Assembly: GCA_041639695.1 (NCBI GenBank)
Contig: JBEQBQ010000018.1
Span: 1 to 18,895, forward strand
DNA from: Candidatus Nanohaloarchaea archaeon
GTDB lineage: Archaea > Nanohalarchaeota > Nanosalinia > Nanosalinales > Nanosalinaceae
DNA: 18,895 nt
Direction of reading: 5' to 3'
Part shown: positions 14,934 to 18,895 of the stretch, piece after piece
How the letters are laid out: each line of letters opens with the position of its first letter
How positions within the stretch are numbered: position 1 is the first letter of the stretch
The notes under the pieces: model-generated
Told to the model about the DNA's origin: nothing
What the model saw: the letters and a program-made list of their open reading frames with translations, nothing else
Database searches by the model: none
Made by a program: the position numbers and the translations under genes

Positions 14934-15063
14934 GGTACACTATTGTGTACATAAATACAATCAGATTGTTATACCTGACTGTAATCATAAGGGGTTCCGG
15001 GACATCTTAATAAATCTTCCAAGGAAACCTCAAACTGTAACTTTTCTAGGTGAATACTAAACA

Positions 15064-15777
15064 ATGCAGATGACCAACCAGCAACAGCAGCAGTACGACC
15101 GCGGGATCACCACCTTCTCTCCCGACGGAAGACTGTTCCAGGTAGAATACGCAAAAGAAGCAGTCAAAAAAGGAGCCACAGCACTAGGACTAGTCTACGA
15201 CGACGGCGTAGTGCTTGCAGCCACAAGAACAAACTCGAAACTAAAGGTAAGAAACCCTGAGAAAGTCTTCAAGGTCGATGACCACGTAGGACTTGTAACC
15301 TCAGGTCTCGTAGCCGATGGAAGGAAACTTGTCGACGAATCAAGGGACGAAGCACAGAGATATCTGGCAACATACGATGAAAACATTCCTGCATCCGTGC
15401 TCTCAAAGTTCGTGGCCGACAGATGCCAGCACTTCACACAGTACGGAGGGGTAAGGCCTTACGGAATCTCCACGATTACGGGAGGAATCAAGGATGGACA
15501 GCCAAAAGTCTACCAGACAGATCCATCCGGAACACTTAACCAGTGGAACGCTGTTGCAATCGGTAAAGGCGGAAACGACACCACAGAGTACCTTGAAGAA
15601 AACTGGGAAGAAGGTCTTTCGGAAGAAGAAGCTATTGAAATGGCTTTAACAGCTCTGAAAGAAGGAGAAGAAGATATCGAGACAGAGAACGTTGAGATAG
15701 CGATAGTTGATCTTGAGGAAGAGTACCAGAGGATCGAACCTGAAGAACTTGAGGACAGAGGACTTGGAATAGAGTAA
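15064..15777 (+). CDS. psmA: 20S proteasome alpha subunit
   Basis: YDRGITTFSPDGRLFQVEYA signature, SGLVADGR, GGVRPYG, TDPSG, AIGKG; SD AGGTGA at 15048-15053. Confidence 0.98.
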   Translation: MQMTNQQQQQYDRGITTFSPDGRLFQVEYAKEAVKKGATALGLVYDDGVVLAATRTNSKLKVRNPEKVFKVDDHVGLVTSGLVADGRKLVDESRDEAQRYLATYDENIPASVLSKFVADRCQHFTQYGGVRPYGISTITGGIKDGQPKVYQTDPSGTLNQWNAVAIGKGGNDTTEYLEENWEEGLSEEEAIEMALTALKEGEEDIETENVEIAIVDLEEEYQRIEPEELEDRGLGIE

Positions 15778-15813
15778 TCTATTCCCCTCTCTCATTTTCT
15801 TTTAATCTATTTC
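15778..15813 (+). terminator. Pyrimidine/U-rich archaeal terminator after psmA
   Basis: TCTATTCCCCTCTCTCATTTTCTTTT directly after the stop codon. Confidence 0.5.
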
Positions 15814-15826
15814 TAGGCTAATTACC

Positions 15827-15862
15827 GGAAAGAGCTTTAAGTCTACGACCTGTTAAACAGGT
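15827..15862 (+). promoter_or_regulatory. SBDS promoter (BRE/TATA, leaderless) with palindrome near the start site
   Basis: GGAAAGAG-CTTTAAGT, then ACCTGTT-A-AACAGGT (15848-15862) just before the ATG at 15865. Confidence 0.6.
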
Positions 15863-15864
15863 TT

Positions 15865-16551
15865 ATGGACACCTCCGACGCCATAACCATCCAGTATAGA
15901 GGCGACAAAAACTTCGAAATACTTGTAGAGCCCAGCCTTGCGAAAGAGGCCAAAATCGAAGGCAAGGATCATGACATACAGAGACTGCTTTTCGTACAGG
16001 AAGTCTTCGAGGACGCAGGAGAAGGCAAAAGAGCATCAGTAGAAGACCTGGAAGACGAGTTCGGTACGAAACAGGTTATGAAGGCGGCCGAGGAAATCTT
16101 CGAGGAAGGAGACATGCAGCTCACAACCGAGCAAAAGGCAGAGATGCGTGAAGACAAGAGGAAACAGCTTGTCGATCTTGTCGCGAGAAGGGCACAGGAC
16201 CCAAAAACAGGTAATCCGCATCCGCCTAAAAGGGTTGAGAATGCGCTTGAAGAGGCAGGATTCCATATTGAAGCGATGGACGACATAGAGGAGAAGTTCG
16301 ATGAGGCGATCGACCTGCTGAGACCGATCATCCCAATTTCTCTCGATGAAAAGACCGTTGCGATAAGGATCCCGCTTGATTCAGCCGGAAAAGCTTACGA
16401 CCGGATTCAGCAGGTTGCCGATGTTAAGGAGGAGGAATGGGGTAACGAGTACTTCCGCTGCAAGGTTGAGATGCCTGCAGGGGTTCTTTCTGAAATGATG
16501 AGTGAGATACAGGAAATTACTGGCGGTCAGGCAGAAATGAAGGAGGTCTAG
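15865..16551 (+). CDS. sdo1: Ribosome maturation protein SBDS/Sdo1
   Basis: FEILV, VFEDA..GKRAS..DL...FGT, QLTTEQK, DPKTGNPHPPKRVENALEEA, IIPI; conserved position between psmA and rrp4. Confidence 0.96.
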   Translation: MDTSDAITIQYRGDKNFEILVEPSLAKEAKIEGKDHDIQRLLFVQEVFEDAGEGKRASVEDLEDEFGTKQVMKAAEEIFEEGDMQLTTEQKAEMREDKRKQLVDLVARRAQDPKTGNPHPPKRVENALEEAGFHIEAMDDIEEKFDEAIDLLRPIIPISLDEKTVAIRIPLDSAGKAYDRIQQVADVKEEEWGNEYFRCKVEMPAGVLSEMMSEIQEITGGQAEMKEV

Positions 16552-16663
16552 AACTTCAACGATTTCTTATTTAAGAATTCCCTCACCTCTTTTTAATATA
16601 AAACCGCTTTTCTAGTGGGAAGAACGAGTTTAACTCAAATTCAATTTTGGTGCAATATCGAAA

Positions 16664-17353
16664 ATGTCACGTGTTAAAGAAGATAAAGATTTAGTAACGC
16701 CAGGAGATACGGTGTTCGAAGGCAACGAACTCTACGCAAACTCCGGCGTCTACGAAGAAGACGACAAAATCATATCAAAATACACGGGAGTGGTCGAGTA
16801 CGGCCAGAACTCTGTACGTGTCGTTCCGATGTCCGGTCGTTATATGCCGGAAGAAGGCGACATCATTATTGCAGAGATTTCCCAGGTATCATACAACAAT
16901 TGGAGAGCAGATCTCAACTCAGCTTACGACGGAATGCTGAGAATCGATGTCGCAGTAGACGAATACATCGATCTAGACGAGGACGATTTGACTGACTACT
17001 TCGACGTAGGCGACGCAATCGTCGTAGAAGTTACATCTGTCTCAGAACAGAAAGATATCAATCTTTCCATGGAGGACAAGAGATGCAGGAAGCTTAACGG
17101 CGGAAGAATCATCGAAGTCTACCCTTCGAAAGTTCCGAGAGTGATCGGAAAGAAGGGAACCATGATCAAACAGATTAAGAAGAAGACAGGATGCAAGATC
17201 ATCGTCGGACAGAACGGACTTGTCTGGATCGACGGCGACAACGCAAACCTGGCAGCAAGAGCAGTCAAGAAAGTAGAAGAAGAGGCACATACCGATGGTT
17301 TAACCGACAGAATCGGCGAATGGCTTGATGAACAGCTGGAGGAAGGTGAATAA
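16664..17353 (+). CDS. rrp4: Exosome RNA-binding cap subunit Rrp4 (S1+KH)
   Basis: LVTPGD, GRYMPEEGDIII, KVPRVIGKKGTMI, IIVGQNGLVWI, EAHTDGLTDRI. Confidence 0.96.
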   Translation: MSRVKEDKDLVTPGDTVFEGNELYANSGVYEEDDKIISKYTGVVEYGQNSVRVVPMSGRYMPEEGDIIIAEISQVSYNNWRADLNSAYDGMLRIDVAVDEYIDLDEDDLTDYFDVGDAIVVEVTSVSEQKDINLSMEDKRCRKLNGGRIIEVYPSKVPRVIGKKGTMIKQIKKKTGCKIIVGQNGLVWIDGDNANLAARAVKKVEEEAHTDGLTDRIGEWLDEQLEEGE

Positions 17354-17354
17354 A

Positions 17355-18086
17355 ATGCCAGAAGACGTAGAATTCTTTGACGAAGACGGACTAAGAGTCG
17401 ATGGAAGAGAAAAGGACGAACACAGAGAAACCAATATGGAAGTAGGAGTTTTGGACGAAGCGGACGGTTCCGCGATGGTCGAGACAGGTAACACGAGAGT
17501 AGTTGCTTCTGTCTTCGGACCACAGGACCTACACCCAAAACACCTTCAGGAAAGCGATAGAGCTGTAATCAAGATGCGTTACAACATGGCTCCTTTCTCC
17601 GTAGACGACCGGATGAGACCGGGACCAAACAGGAGAGCCAAGGAGATCGGTCTAGTAGCGAAAAAGGCTTTGATGCCTGCAGTAGAGCTTGAAGAGTTCC
17701 CGAAGGCAGGAATCGATATTTCGATGGAAGTAGTCGAGTCCGACGGAGGAACAAGAGTCACAGGAATTAATGCAGCAGCACTAGCACTTGCCGATGCAGG
17801 AATCCCTATGAAAGGTCTTGTATCCGCAACTGCCGCAGGAATCGTTGAGGACGAGGTTGTTCTCGATGTCAACGGTGTTGAGGACAAGCAAGGTAACGCC
17901 GATATACCGATCGCACTAATCAACGGCAACGACGAGATTTCGTTACTTCAGATGGACGGCGATATCTCGAAAGAAACGCTCGATGAAGCTCTCTCACTCG
18001 CAAAGAAAGGCTGCAGAGATCTACACGAACAGCAGAGAAGTGCGATAATCGAAAAGTATGAATCAATCAGAGGTGACGTAGAATGA
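17355..18086 (+). CDS. rrp41: Exosome phosphorolytic subunit Rrp41
   Basis: RVDGR, ADGSA, YNMAPFS..DR...GPNRR, DGGTR, ALADAGIPM, EDKQGNADIP, LLQMDG. Start moved to ATG 17355 (SD GAAGGTGA upstream, 1 nt after the rrp4 stop). Confidence 0.97.
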   Translation: MPEDVEFFDEDGLRVDGREKDEHRETNMEVGVLDEADGSAMVETGNTRVVASVFGPQDLHPKHLQESDRAVIKMRYNMAPFSVDDRMRPGPNRRAKEIGLVAKKALMPAVELEEFPKAGIDISMEVVESDGGTRVTGINAAALALADAGIPMKGLVSATAAGIVEDEVVLDVNGVEDKQGNADIPIALINGNDEISLLQMDGDISKETLDEALSLAKKGCRDLHEQQRSAIIEKYESIRGDVE

Positions 18087-18874
18087 AGCTTAACCAGGAA
18101 ACAATCAGGAAGATGGTGAAGGAAGGAGAAAGACTTGACGGAAGAGACCTAGATGAGTTTAGAGATATCGAGGTCACTCCGAACTACATCAACGAGACAG
18201 CGGAAGGATCCGCCAGAGTAGAAATCGGAGACACAAAAGTTGTTGTCGGACTGAAGGTCGACGTCGAGGAGCCGTTCCCCGACCGACCTAACCAGGGCAA
18301 CATCGTCACGAACGCAGAGCTCGCACCTATGGCCGCCCGAGAGTACGAATCCGGTCCTCCGCAGGAGGAAGGAGTAGAACTCGCAAGGGTTGTCGACAGA
18401 GGGATCAGGGAAAGCGAAGCAGTAGACCTCGAAGCGCTCTGCATCGAACCCGGCGAAAAGGTCATCACACTGTTCCTTGACGTCCACGTCCTGAACGATG
18501 ATGGGAACCTGATCGATGCCTCAGCACTCGGAGCACTTGTCTCTTTGAAGACAGGTTTCATCCCCGAGTACGATGAAGAGGAAGGAAAGATCATCCGGGA
18601 CGAGAAAATGATGGATGTCCCTCTAGAAGATGATCCTGTCACAGTCACAGGACACCAGATCAACGGTGAACTTGTCTGGGACACGACAGGTGAGGAAGAG
18701 GACGCCCGAGACGCACGTCTAACAGTTTCGATCAACGACAGAGGCAACGTTGTTGCTATGCAGAAAGGCGACACCGAGCCGTTCTCCCAGGACGAAGTAA
18801 TGGAGATCGTTGAAGAGGCAGAAGAGAAGACCCAAAACCTGAGAGATGTCGTTGAGCAAGCGACAGGGGAATAA
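18083..18874 (+). CDS. rrp42: Exosome subunit Rrp42
   Basis: GERLDGR..DEFR, AEGSA, PFPDRPNQG, ELARVVDRGIRES, DDGNLIDA, AMQKG; ATGA overlap with rrp41; SD GAGGTGA at 18070-18076. Confidence 0.97.
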   Translation: MKLNQETIRKMVKEGERLDGRDLDEFRDIEVTPNYINETAEGSARVEIGDTKVVVGLKVDVEEPFPDRPNQGNIVTNAELAPMAAREYESGPPQEEGVELARVVDRGIRESEAVDLEALCIEPGEKVITLFLDVHVLNDDGNLIDASALGALVSLKTGFIPEYDEEEGKIIRDEKMMDVPLEDDPVTVTGHQINGELVWDTTGEEEDARDARLTVSINDRGNVVAMQKGDTEPFSQDEVMEIVEEAEEKTQNLRDVVEQATGE

Positions 18875-18878
18875 AAAA

Positions 18879-18895
18879 GTTTTCTCCCCTTTTAT
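18879..18895 (+). terminator. Possible U-rich terminator after rrp42
   Basis: GTTTTCTCCCCTTTTAT after the stop codon; at the window edge, so incomplete. Confidence 0.4.

Noticed and set aside
15079-15093. CAG/CAA run (poly-Gln) at the psmA 5' end
   Set aside because: Short and in frame; Gln-rich N-termini before the YDR motif are ordinary in archaeal alpha subunits.
17325-17354. Track start of rrp41 at 17325
   Set aside because: Lies inside rrp4; ATG 17355 has an SD and a normal N-terminus.
15195-18774. Long antisense ORFs over psmA, SBDS and the exosome genes (likewise over nfi, the permease and the surface genes)
   Set aside because: Ser/Phe/Leu-rich shadows of GAA/GAC-rich sense codons, with no motifs.
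1-18895. CRISPR array, integrase, transposase, provirus or tRNA-derived att duplication
   Set aside because: No regularly spaced repeats, recombinase motifs or second copy of either tRNA 3' end found by eye; a self dot-plot would confirm.

Overview
Compact archaeal chromosomal segment. Acidic proteins, TATA/BRE promoters that mostly give leaderless mRNAs, abutting genes, a retained exosome and a tRNA-Ile(UAU) point to a halophilic DPANN archaeon, probably Nanohaloarchaeota (inference). Housekeeping anchors are the 3' part of aIF5B/IF2, tRNA-Ala(GGC), endonuclease V and the psmA-SBDS-rrp4-rrp41-rrp42 block. Between them lie accessory genes: a twin-arginine metzincin-like protein with catalytic Glu->Asn, an atypical DapA-family lyase, a LysM-like Lrp regulator, a metallophosphoesterase, a frameshifted HNH-associated-repeat gene, an AhpD/CMD protein, a three-gene surface glycoprotein cluster, an ArsB/NhaD permease and a PHP hydrolase. 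Best leads: (1) tRNA-Ile with the rare UAU anticodon, a 75-nt structured intron with a perfect BHB, and a K-turn-like leader hairpin; (2) a dapA-like/lrp pair sharing the same operator directly upstream of both TATA boxes; (3) a heavily glycosylated surface protein with a cationic C-terminal patch, coupled to a PKD/PGF-pre-PGF membrane protein and a 57-aa ORF missing from the track; (4) a frameshift at an AG repeat. All family assignments come from motif recognition by eye; no searches were run.
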